Shown here one piece after another: positions 38,601 through 46,256 of a stretch of 64,000 nt of DNA (position 1 is the first letter of the stretch; each line of letters opens with the position of its first letter). Under the pieces are notes generated by a model, which ran no database searches, was not told the origin of the DNA, and saw nothing but the letters and a program-made list of their open reading frames with translations. Source of the stretch: Laetmonice hystrix (taxonomy: Eukaryota); assembly GCA_965235115.1 (NCBI GenBank), contig OZ249436.1, positions 44,332,001 through 44,396,000 of the forward strand, given 5' to 3'. The position numbers were made by a program, and so were the translations under genes.

Positions 38601-39376
38601 TTTTCTATGGGAGGGTGATACGCACTAAGCTAAGCTCCGATAATGAGCTTAACAAGATCGAGATTCATGTAAAACAGGCCGTTCTTAAAGCTATCAAAAT
38701 CAACCTAAACTATGAACACAGAACATTGTCATTCAGTTCTTACCATCCATTGTGTGCCCAGGTCATAAAATGAGTTTAAACACACATGGTTCTCAAAGAC
38801 TCAGTTTATGTTGAATTTTGTACTAAAATAGCAAGGTTTTCTATGATCCTCAGTCCCATGATTAACATTAGAGATTAGCAGAATGATCAAACAGACTCTT
38901 GAGTCTTGTCTCGAGTAACACCTGACCCTGCCCACCCTGACTGACTGTGAATTATTCGGCCGCAACCATTGCCGCAGTGACCGACAGAGAAAGACTGTGA
39001 CTGTGGAGTGTGGCAGTGCAGCCCCAGGTTCAAGAGGTTGCAGAATCTGCAGTCAGTCATCTAGATCTATCTTGACCTCTCACTCTCAGGGCCTTAATAA
39101 TATATTTAAGAGAATCTAACATATATTTTATTCTAGGCCTTCTACAGATAACACCAGCAAGGAGGAAATCTTCCTTATGGTAACTCCAATGCCCGACCGT
39201 ACAGAAGTCAGTCCACAGACCCCTCAATCTACCCGGTACCGCAGAGATATCAGTCGGCTTGCTATGCCAACCGATGTAAACAAACGTTTCGTGCTGTCTT
39301 CATTCCATGTAAACATTAATGTCACATAGATTCTCATTAAGTGGCGAGGAGTAAAGATTACCTTACCTCTTGGCAT
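5438..39376 (-). CDS. KATNIP: KATNIP/KIAA0556 (katanin-interacting protein, JBTS26) orthologue; 22 coding exons traced, 3' end outside window
   Basis: Manual splicing gives 22 GT-AG exons with consistent phases (4795 nt). Translated blocks match remembered human KATNIP motifs in order: HERYLILLQERNRLLK, EQGFTLYVNG, SKTAP..RRRNWQ, YEDDFE, LRQSLE, VVVLEF, RPLSANRK, AVLKALQAEN, QKRLLRAL, EILSSWG..VGLTEIQFFD, KLWNYN, VIFDGEVDKGCG. Confidence 0.9.
5715..5964. mobile_element. Two abutting inverted-repeat (MITE-like) elements
   Basis: 5715-5791 near-palindrome (ggcccagattttcaaaatttctcaactt...aagttgagaatttttgaaaaaagggcc); 5787-5964 has TIR gggcctgacccactggccc / gggccagtggatcaggccc. Confidence 0.6.
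6512..6584 (-). CDS. KATNIP: KATNIP putative exon 21 (EVAEDVDEEEIHEDENLLENWPKA)
   Basis: TTGTAG| acceptor, GG|GTGAGA donor, acidic open frame. Confidence 0.6.
7543..7720. repeat. 18-bp perfect tandem repeat, ~10 copies
   Basis: taccggtacacaaagtgc. Confidence 0.97.
7915..11913. repeat. 41/39-bp AT-rich minisatellite, ~100 copies
   Basis: ttcagtaccgtaattataaccctttgattgtcctatcttga and the ttgtacc variant. Confidence 0.98.
12202..12317 (-). CDS. KATNIP: KATNIP putative exon 20 (ATLMGVSPAAWLSDVQ...NNLS)
   Basis: TTTGTTAG| acceptor, weak CAG|GTTTAA donor; bridges phase 2 to 1 as needed. Confidence 0.45.
12800..13460. repeat. G-rich ~16-18-bp minisatellite
   Basis: gcgggttgtatg(g)n units with variable G-run length. 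Confidence 0.95.
13940..15190. repeat. 43/44-bp minisatellite, ~29 copies
   Basis: gcggttactaagtgcggagtttggcaggtatgggtttatctat. Confidence 0.97.
15311..15382 (-). CDS. KATNIP: KATNIP putative exon 19 (STPKSPGRPEWLQ...)
   Basis: TTTTCCTGGCAG|CAG tandem acceptor, CA|GTAAAT donor; phase-compatible. Confidence 0.55.
15770..15997. repeat. C-rich ~38-bp repeat
   Basis: cccagctgca(c)n accctcacaaccacctag. Confidence 0.85.
16017..17498 (-). CDS. KATNIP: KATNIP exon 18, large S/R/K-rich disordered exon with 8x 12-aa repeat
   Basis: 1482-nt open frame; strong pyrimidine tract TTTTGGTAG| acceptor in the required phase 2; GT|GTGAGT donor. Confidence 0.78.
16315..16603 (-). repeat. 36-bp coding repeat, 8 copies (KRQDSGTGKDS[S/L])
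   Basis: In-frame within KATNIP exon 18. Confidence 0.95.
17891..18014 (-). CDS. KATNIP: KATNIP exon 17 (ESQEIARSWKK...AELE)
   Basis: poly-T AAAG| acceptor, GG|GTAAGT donor, open, phase 1 to 2. Confidence 0.75.
18374..19046 (-). CDS. KATNIP: KATNIP exon 16 (DLKQGARHMRMHVDGEVIFDGEVDKGCGNQVFDY + low-complexity tail)
   Basis: TTCCAG| acceptor, CAG|GTGAGT donor; end of first domain. Confidence 0.88.
19516..19659 (-). CDS. KATNIP: KATNIP exon 15 (TVKERNMWSC...VKLWNYNKSLN)
   Basis: TTACAG| acceptor, AAT|GTAAGC donor; MW and WNYN motifs of KATNIP domains. Confidence 0.9.
19816..20028 (-). CDS. KATNIP: KATNIP exon 14, start of first DUF4457/KATNIP-type domain (VRDEG...EILSSWGHPSRVGLTEIQFFD...GKCK); minimal form using the last acceptor of the array
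   Basis: EILSSWG..VGLTEIQFFD motif; AAG|GTAAGT donor; the acceptor actually used is ambiguous (35 copies). Confidence 0.85.
19969..22508 (-). repeat. 72-bp (some 75-bp) array of intron13-end/exon14-start, 35 copies
   Basis: Unit TTGTTTTACCAG|GTACGGGATGAG...ATTCTCTCC; 2466 nt between first and last acceptor = 34x72 + 6x3. Confidence 0.98.
22825..22951 (-). CDS. KATNIP: KATNIP exon 13 (KGQKRLLRALAQIE...IAKM)
   Basis: GTACAG| acceptor, ATG|GTATGT donor; resembles human QQKLLKVLQAVE. Confidence 0.85.
22987..24069. repeat. 35-bp minisatellite, ~31 copies
   Basis: gagaacacctatgtgtgtcaaggttcccttgtact. Confidence 0.97.
24551..24780 (-). CDS. KATNIP: KATNIP exon 12 (HDEGTP...IDHIVQKVLQLDT)
   Basis: TGTTAG| acceptor, AA|GTAAGT donor, open frame, phase 0 to 2. 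Confidence 0.8.
24936..25111. mobile_element. PIF/Harbinger-like MITE
   Basis: TIR gagcctgtcttactaa / ttagtaagacaagccc, flanked by 3-bp CAG direct repeat. Confidence 0.65.
25350..25534 (-). CDS. KATNIP: KATNIP exon 11 (..RPLSANRK..ARAVLKALQAENE..RHE)
   Basis: TTTAAACAG| acceptor, GAG|GTCAGT donor; resembles human RPLSATRK and AVLQAIQVEN. Confidence 0.85.
25815..26745. repeat. ~61-72-bp minisatellite with higher-order structure
   Basis: cattcttagtgaaatgaaatgtacaccaaaacttaacacattcacaatgctagcag + variable tail. Confidence 0.93.
26765..26950 (-). CDS. KATNIP: KATNIP exon 10 (VRKERVLAAARKTD...MLKS)
   Basis: CCTTTAG| acceptor, CTG|GTAGGT donor chosen by phase; resembles human RERNLSAKRKD. Confidence 0.8.
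27757..28585. repeat. 72-bp minisatellite, ~11.5 copies
   Basis: acacattttgatgacatgatttagcattcattcatgattctgtaacctgatctatattgactagaaaacac(a/g). Confidence 0.96.
28608..28764 (-). CDS. KATNIP: KATNIP exon 9 (DSEGETDDDEIEE...DVVVLEFGSGKK)
   Basis: TGAAG| acceptor, AAG|GTATGC donor; resembles human DTLVVLEF. Confidence 0.82.
29232..29300 (-). CDS. KATNIP: KATNIP exon 8 (KLRQSLEMNATIRQSMAYPSTDT)
   Basis: TTTTATAG| acceptor, ACG|GTACTG donor; resembles human ELRRSLE. Confidence 0.8.
29543..29692 (-). CDS. KATNIP: KATNIP exon 7 (KDREEMAAE...LTIADVK)
   Basis: TATAG| acceptor, AAG|GTAAGT donor, phase 0/0. Confidence 0.82.
29833..29951 (-). CDS. KATNIP: KATNIP exon 6 (EILTGEYEDDFE...DLDQ)
   Basis: TGTAG| acceptor, CAG|GTCAGA donor; YxDDFE motif. 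Confidence 0.85.
30395..30568 (-). CDS. KATNIP: KATNIP exon 5 (EASRLNR...SKTAPENTRRRNWQ...KAP)
   Basis: TTTTATAG| acceptor, CAG|GTAGGA donor; resembles human SRTAPSKVQRRGW. Confidence 0.88.
30703..31491. mobile_element. Non-autonomous DNA transposon (outer element)
   Basis: Perfect 14-bp TIR CAGGCCTCGAATTA/TAATTCGAGGCCTG; TATAAT on both flanks; subterminal gggcaccacggc repeats. Confidence 0.85.
30933..31326. mobile_element. Nested MITE with 8-bp TSD (Merlin-like GG..CC ends)
   Basis: ~40-bp imperfect TIR ggtcccaggacgtttcgagcgcgtaccagttcgagcgccg; GATTTGGC at 30925-30932 and 31327-31334. Confidence 0.85.
31757..32878 (-). repeat. 51-bp array of exon4-end/intron4-start, ~22 copies
   Basis: Minus-strand unit AAAAACACACACTGCAG|GTAACAGTTAGAATCAAGGAGATTAAGGACAGAT. 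Confidence 0.96.
32862..33010 (-). CDS. KATNIP: KATNIP exon 4 (RLLKKVKRKDEKQIELEEKEQGFTLYVNG...HTA)
   Basis: CTACAG| acceptor, CAG|GTAACA donor; resembles human LEQGFSVYVNG. Confidence 0.9.
33597..33664 (-). CDS. KATNIP: KATNIP exon 3 (PVYVHDQPSSHERYLILLQERN)
   Basis: TTTTGCAG| acceptor, CAG|GTATGA donor; resembles human HDEYLILLQQRNR. Confidence 0.9.
33630..35150 (-). repeat. 72-bp array of intron2-end/exon3-start, 11 copies, interrupted by an insertion
   Basis: Minus-strand unit TTTGTGTTTTGCAG|CCAGTCTATGTGCACGACCAGCCTAGCTCACATGATGTTAGGTATTGACATGTGTCAG. Confidence 0.96.
33902..34654. mobile_element. Probable truncated non-autonomous DNA transposon inserted in the array
   Basis: Splits a unit at ctgacac|atgtca; gttaaccc/gggttaac motifs cluster at both ends; right end ...ttcttgcatacggcc resembles a Harbinger-type TIR; no matching left TIR. 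Confidence 0.65.
35552..36875. repeat. Compound 30-32-bp minisatellite (two alternating unit types)
   Basis: gtgtcaaccatcaacaatatagcagggaga and gtgtcaaccatcaccaatagagcaaagact. Confidence 0.95.
37153..37342. repeat. 21-bp tandem repeat, ~9 copies
   Basis: tgtagtgaattttgtcca(g/c)ga. Confidence 0.95.
38436..38497 (-). CDS. KATNIP: KATNIP exon 2 (DNRQRKKWGAQETKLKVQTEK)
   Basis: TAACAG| acceptor, AAG|GTAAGC donor, open, phase 1 to 0. Confidence 0.65.
39165..39320. promoter_or_regulatory. Candidate RFX X-box + forkhead motif cluster near KATNIP start
   Basis: CTTGCTATGCCAAC (39258-39271) next to TGTAAACAAA (39275-39284); also ATGGTAAC (~39177) and TGTAAACA (~39308). Confidence 0.35.
39367..39376 (-). 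CDS. KATNIP: KATNIP putative coding exon 1 (MPR+G)
   Basis: ATGCCAAGAG|GTAAGG; phase 1 fits next exon; very short, so inferred from phase only. Confidence 0.55.
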
Positions 39377-40989
39377 GTTTCATTACATCACTAATTTGCA
39401 ATTCTTTTGATCATGATATCCATAAAACATGCGTAACTTCATCTACTATCGGATTTCCAAGCACGCCACAGCTTCACTATGCAATATGGTGGACAAACTA
39501 TTCGGAATCAAGTGCGCGAATGCTCTTTTCAGGACATTACGCTTCTTAGTCGTTTAGAACTCAAATAAAAAGCAATTCAAGGCAAAAAGGTGAAATTATT
39601 TAATCTAAGGGCGAATTTCATTATTAGTATTAATAAATTAAGTTAACATAATGTCAAACGTTCAGTTTTTAATGTTACCTTACTGCAGGCGGACATAGCA
39701 GACGTTCTAACACATATTATTTACATGCACATGTCACGATTGATCTCGTTTCACCTTGTTACCGAAAGAGGACGCTCCTATTTGGCAGCAGAGACGAACG
39801 TACACTCCCGCCGCAAGATGTCAGTCAGTGACTGCTGTCTGGATAGCCTAGGCTATAACCAAAGACCTATGAATGATCATTCGTAGATCTTTGCTATAAC
39901 ATAGGCCTATATCTGCCACCACTTGATAGGCCTAATAGTAATATTCATGAGCTGACGGCCTACTTGAATTTCTTAAGTGTGCACAAATATGTTTTTAGGC
40001 CTAGGGCCTACTGGCCAGTGAATGATTTGAAACGCGAAATAGCCTACCTCTAGAGCCAGAGGCCTCCTACATAGGCCTATAGGCCTAGGCCTATGTTTTA
40101 CATAATTTTAGGTCATTATTGCAATGTTTCTATGCATATTTGGTATTATAATTCGCTACTGGTTTTAGAGGCCTAGTTTTCGTCAGGTAGGCCTACGTTC
40201 GCTCATAGAAAAGAGAGCACTCGATAGGCCTGTATAGATCCGTCTTCCCTAAATTAAGGGGAATTTCTATGCCTAGGCCTATATCAAAGCCATGTAATAT
40301 GACTACTTCCATCTGTTGGCATTGTTGAATTGTGTAGGCTAGGCCTAGCCTACTAGGCCGCCTACTTCCCATTTGAGTTTTTCTTGTCCAACTTCTAACA
40401 CCAGTTAGGCCTAGCCTAGATGCCCCTCGTCTATAGGCTAGTAAGCTATAGCCTAGGCCTACCTTTCATTTCCACTACTTCACCCCCACCCCCCGATTAA
40501 GATGTAGGCCTAGGCCCTAAATTTTTGGCTAAGCATGGCAGAATCCTATCTCTCCGCGAAGTGCCGCAGAACTTTGAAGGTGCCCGCGGCAGCCCGGCCC
40601 GGTAAATGTGGTGATTCCATTGGAAGCCGGAAGGTGGCAGTGCAGTCGGAGGTGCCGCTTTAGGCCAGCACGGCGGCGTTTGCCTGCAACATCTCTGTAA
40701 CCTTTAGGGGTGGAATATCTGATGTGGAAAAGGCGTAGGCCCTACGACCATTTTATTTGCCATTGCTAATTAAACCTTTACGACAAATTGCCTATTAGGA
40801 CTACTTGACAACGTGGTCGGACGCTTAGGCCTAGACTCTACAGACGGTCTGTAGGGGCAACAAATCTCAGGGGAGTAAAATGATCGACCAAACGTATCGC
40901 CTGAAGTAGGCCTAACGCTAAATACATCTGTTTTACATGATATTAGGTAATTTATAATTTATTGCAATGTTTGTATCCGTATTGTAAGG

Positions 40990-41625
40990 CTAGCCAATAC
41001 ATGTAGAGAGCCCTCACTGTCCTGTTTGCTTCAGTCTACGCTCAGTCAATACATCTAGAGCCCTCACTATAGTAAATTTGCTCCAGTAGGCCTATAAGGC
41101 CAGCCAGTACATGTGGGGAACCCTCACTGTAGTGTTTGCTCCAGTACAAGGCCAGACAGTACATGTGTACTCACTGTAGTTTGTGCTCGAGTAGGCCTAA
41201 GATCTTAGGCCATGTAATACATCTTGGGAGCCCTCACCTTAGTGTTTGCTCGAGTGTAAGGCCAGGTCATACATGTTGTACATGTAGAGAGCCCTCACTG
41301 TAGTGTTTGCTCAAGTAGCCTATATAAGGCCAGTCAGTCCATATAGGGATCGATCCCCCCACTGTAGTGTTTGCTCCAGCCGAAGGGCAGCCAATACATG
41401 TAGGGAGTCGTCACTGTAGTGTTTGCTCCAGCCCAAGGGCAGTCAATACATGTATGGAGCCCTCATTGTAGTGTTTGCTCCAGTCTAAGGTCAGTCAATA
41501 CATGTAGAGAGCCCTCACTGTAGTGTTTGCTCGAGTATAAGGCCAGACATTACATGCTGGGAGCCCTCACTGTAGTGTTTGGTTCAGTCTAAGGTCAGTC
41601 AATACATGTAGAGAGCCCTCACTGA
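40990..41625. repeat. Degenerate ~50-60-bp tandem repeat
   Basis: cagtcaatacatgtagagagccctcactgtagtgtttgctccagt variants. Confidence 0.85.
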
Positions 41626-41912
41626 GGCGCGATCTGCCACCGTTTTCGAGCTACGGCCCTCCAAACACTACAGTGAGGTGGTGTATTCAGGGCCAAACGG
41701 CTTTTCGTACGGTCTCGATCTTGGTGTCGTTGGAAAGCCCGACACCGACTTCCTATTGGCCCTCTTCGCTATCTGCCACTGTTTTCGAGCTACGGCCCGT
41801 CAAAGGCCCGAAAAGGGTCTGCAATGTCGGGTAACGATCCGATAGATTGCCCCTCTTCTCTTTCATGTGGAATGGGAATCTTCTTCTTCTTCTTCTTCTT
41901 CTTCTTCTTCTC

Positions 41913-41947
41913 TGCCGCTAGATGGCAACTTCACTCTAGAGGGCGCC
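41913..41947 (+). promoter_or_regulatory. Two tandem CTCF-like motifs
   Basis: TGCCGCTAGATGGCAA and CACTCTAGAGGGCGCC versus core consensus CCRSYAGRKGGCRS. Confidence 0.35.
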
Positions 41948-44900
41948 TTGAGAGCTGTATGGTCGTCTCATCTCTTGGATTTCCCTTTATTTCTCTATAA
42001 AAGTTAATTCCAAATTTGTCGCGTACACGTTCAAGTTTTCATCTGGCACACTTCTGGAGTTAACCGTGTGACTTCTTGATCTATACACTAGGATAATATC
42101 AATGTAGGCCCCTATATGGTTATTTTATATTTCATCGGTGTATACATTAAAACATGATTACTTTGTTCTTATCTTTTTATCAATGCATTGAGCACAGTGA
42201 CAGGTTTGATATTATTTTGGCATACAAATCCAGTTTTTGGATACATTTAAAATGTTATAGCACCTCAATCCAAGCTGGCCTTGCGCGGAGATATATGTAT
42301 GGTAAGTACCCCTGACCTAAACGTCGGGTAAAGGTGACATTTTCTTAACAGCAACGAGGTGTTAGACGGGTTAGGTCAACATGGCTCCGTGGGACAAGTC
42401 ATTGCTGTCCATTCAGCTTAACTTTGGCGATATCCCGGGGATTTAGATCAGTCCTGGCCAACGGATTAACTCAATTCCTTACGCATCGCGCCTCTACGGT
42501 GCTGAGCAAACTCGATAAATTCTTTGTATGTATTTCTTTAGGGATCTTCCTGCGAAATGGCTCGGAAAGTGTTCTGCCAAGATCTCCGAAAAAATGTGGT
42601 TCAAAAGTTCGTCGGTTGTAATGATGGTTTATTGTTGCACGCCATTCTGAGTGTTGGTTTTTAGTGTTATGTACACAAGCCTGTTTGTCAACAGCCAGCG
42701 TGGACGTATAACAAATAATTGGATTCCTAATGCCTCTATTTATCAACACCCGGAGGGGAATAGAAATAAAATAATTGGATTCGATTTCAATTTAGCCCTT
42801 GGCGCCACTTGGTAAACTAGCCTGGCGTTGAATGGCCATGTGTCGGGGCGGCCGGCGTTTGTGTGCCCTAGACATGGAAGCTATCAGGGTCATGGCAGGT
42901 TGGAACATGGATAGGTGAACATCTATATATAACAATACCCATATCACAGGCATACACCATCCGACACACAAGCTTCTAGCAATCGGATTTGACGTATTTC
43001 AAGAACCTGAAAAACGTAGTATTAAAGATAAACAAACGAAAACGGTGAATGCCTCAAGAGGCCATTGACGGGGAATAAGGGATCCTTGTGGAATTATTGG
43101 CGTACGTTTTGAAAGGGCGAAAAGACACTGAAACACGAGAGTAAAGGTTTATCTTGGAGTCGGGTGGAAGGCGCCGCGCTATTAGACCCAAGGCCCGTAT
43201 TCTCCGAGGGGAAAAAGGCACAGCAACTGATGTTCTGTATTATCTGTGAAAGGTAAATAGCAAGATCCTGGGCTCGGAATTTGTACCTCACATAGAGCCA
43301 GTCCGTCGGGAGGAGTTCTAAGGTAACAGTTTGTTGAACGTGCCGACCGCCGGCCCATGTCATTCACGTAATGAGATACGGACGGACATAGGGCACCTTT
43401 AACTGACAAACGTCGTCATGGAGCGCGGCCAAGCGACCACGCATGCGTCTACGTCGTCATTCTGCCTACTTGTCACCTCAAATTTCTTTTCGTCGTCTTT
43501 TGAAGTAGAATTAGCTCTCTGAATCTCTGACCAATGAACCGATCTATCATTACTGTCAATGCATTAAAACGACGTGTAAGTATTGGTCCCGGAGTTTATG
43601 CCATCCTGCATGATTACTGTAAAAAAATATTTAAAAAATTACTCCAGTCACCGACCCTAATTAAGAAACAAATTCATATAGATCAGACATTGATAGCAAA
43701 TCTGACTAAGATGATAACGAATAATGGTTGCCCTCATTTACGATATAAGTTAGGGCCTATTATCTGTCATCAACTAAGCTGATTTTAGTGTGTAAAGCAA
43801 ATGCGCCTTTTTGTTTGTGTTGCTCATTACTTTATCATAAAATTGCATATTCACCGAAATGCGGTAAAATTTAAGTGTATTTATTTACTTTCTTGCTTGG
43901 GAAATTCACTTGAAATAATCTGGTTTATCCACTTATCATTAAAAAACATTCAATTAAGTAAATGAGAATCCAATGTGTCTTCTTTTTGTTTATTTATAAA
44001 TTTATTATTTTCAATTTTGAGATGACCTTATCCTCTTACTGTCCATTTACTGTTCCGTATATATTCACGTTTAAACTTTAATAATATCAGAGCCCGAGGA
44101 GCATGCCCAGGTCGATGTTCCGGCGTTTACGGGTTTCCCTCAGAGAGACGCCGGTTCGATGAAGATAGATTTGACGCCGTCAGAAAGTTTTCGGATTCAG
44201 TCATCTTGGCGTCACAGTGGCGGTAACTGTCTCTTTGTAGATGACCTAGAGATAAAGAAATAAGCTGTGTATGGTGCTTGGTTGCCAGGGGACGTTTAGA
44301 TAAGTCAAAATCACGTCATTATTGAAAGACACTGACAGGCATACTTAGAGTGATGATACGTGCGCATAGCAACCACGCCACAAGCCTGCGCCACAAGCCC
44401 AAGAATGTTATTCTCAAAATATCAACAAATCAACACTAATGGGAAATCAATGGTGGGGTGGTGAACTTCTAGAGGCTGACAGCACTTCGTGTGTGGTACG
44501 ACATGCCTGTCAGTGTTTTTACCTCTCCCGCCTTTGCTCCAAGGGCAGACGACATGTGATCTAAAGACTGGAAAGGCGCGTAAAACAAAACATTGGCGGA
44601 GCGAGCGCGCGGCCCCCGTCAAAATGCGCCGCTTATAACGCGTAGCGGCCGGATACAGTTAGGGCGGCCGCTACAAACTCCTACATGTCGCAATTATTTA
44701 CAGCATTGCAGGAGTTACAGGCGTGTTTACGTCAATCAGAGGTAAATAGTTTAACGAGAGCGGGTGGCGTAGACGAGTGATGCTACCCCTCTACCCCGAC
44801 TGGCGCCCTCGGACACTGGCAACTGCCGGGGTTTGGGAATGATTCAAGAGTACAGGGCAGAGACACAGTGGCACAAGGCATTCAAGCCGCCAACAGCATG

Positions 44901-45242
44901 AGATCAGACAACGCCTACAGTTTAGCCTACTGATGCGATCCACGCCATTGAGGATGATGTTGACCTCCAGGGGCAATATGAAGAACGTGGTCAACCGGAA
45001 GTGCTCGATCCCTGGGGGGTCATTTCCGGTCACACTTTCCCCGTGGTTTATTAAAAACAAGATTGCGCTACTCTAGCATTGTGTACCCTTGACGGCTCCT
45101 TGATTGAATTACTTTCATTCCAAGTTTTTCTTAAAGGACTTTTTAACTTTCAGCACTGCGTGGTCAATGTGAAAAGTTTTGATATGCCTCTCCTCAGTCA
45201 ATTGCGAGAGACTAAGCCTATTTAGTTACCGAGTTCTTTTAA

Positions 45243-45453
45243 CGACGACGACGACGACGAAGAAAAAGAAGAAGAAGAAGAAGAAGAAGATGAAGATGAA
45301 GAAGAAGAAGATGAAGAAGAAGAAGATGAAGAAGAAGAAGAAGAAGAAGAAGAAGATGAAGAAGAAGAAGAAGAAGAAGAAGAAGAAGAAGAAGAAGAAG
45401 AAGAAGAAGAAGAAGAAGAAGAAGAAGAAGAAGAAGAAGAAGAAGAAGAAGAA
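45243..45453. repeat. (GAC)n(GAA)n microsatellite
   Basis: Direct reading; GAT interruptions. Confidence 0.98.
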
Positions 45454-45550
45454 AAGTTGCATGAGAATTATGAGTTTGTATAAAGATCTACAAGTGTATG
45501 ATCGGATAATATAAGTGTAGACCCATAATTTATAATGCTGGGGTACGATG

Positions 45551-45720
45551 GGGTGCGTTTCTGTAAGGAAAGATGTCTTTGCACAAAGAGTCTTTTAAAA
45601 GAGTCTTTTCGGAACCAGTGTTAAAGAATAGAGTGTTATAGAAACACCACGTCGCCGCAAAGACTCCTTGGGTTCAGCGAGGGTCTCAAAGAGTCTTTTG
45701 GGCTTTATAGAAACGCACCC
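45551..45720. mobile_element. Short MITE-like element
   Basis: TIR gggtgcgtttctgtaa / ttatagaaacgcaccc; TSD unclear. Confidence 0.55.
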
Positions 45721-46256
45721 TGGGTCCCTACTACTTATCAGTGCAACAGAAAGTAGCCTAGGTTCACCCTTATGCCGACAAAGCCAATGATAAGTAGCCC
45801 TCTTAGTTTCAGTCGGGCCATCGCAAGGCTGTGTACTTTTACCCTTCAGGTCTCCCAGAAAGCCAGCCAAGAAAATGGTTAGCAGAACCTCGGCGACACT
45901 CGAATCAAGTACCAGGACGCAGCAGACGACAGTGCGATTAATGCAAACAAAAAGCTAGCAGTCTAACGTAAACATGGTGACGTTGTTTTCGTATCTCGGA
46001 GACAGAGCGGCGGGCACTATAGAGAACGATCTGTCAGGGCAGGGTAATCTAATTTATCACAACAATTAAAGCGTAAGCTTGCCATGGACTGCAGCCTCTG
46101 TGATTCCATCAGTGTTATGTCATTTGTTCGGTGAACAATGGTTCTGCTAGAGGTTTGGAAGGAAGACGATGTCAATGGCTACCTGTGGTAAATGCATGGT
46201 GTTGTATTCGGCGGTGGACTAAACCTTAATGGGACCTCTAACGTCGACATTTCTTA

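Noticed and set aside
39400..44000. Divergent head-to-head gene upstream of KATNIP
   Set aside because: No plus-strand coding exons recognised.
45179..45514. Poly-Lys / poly-Phe ORFs
   Set aside because: GAA microsatellite.
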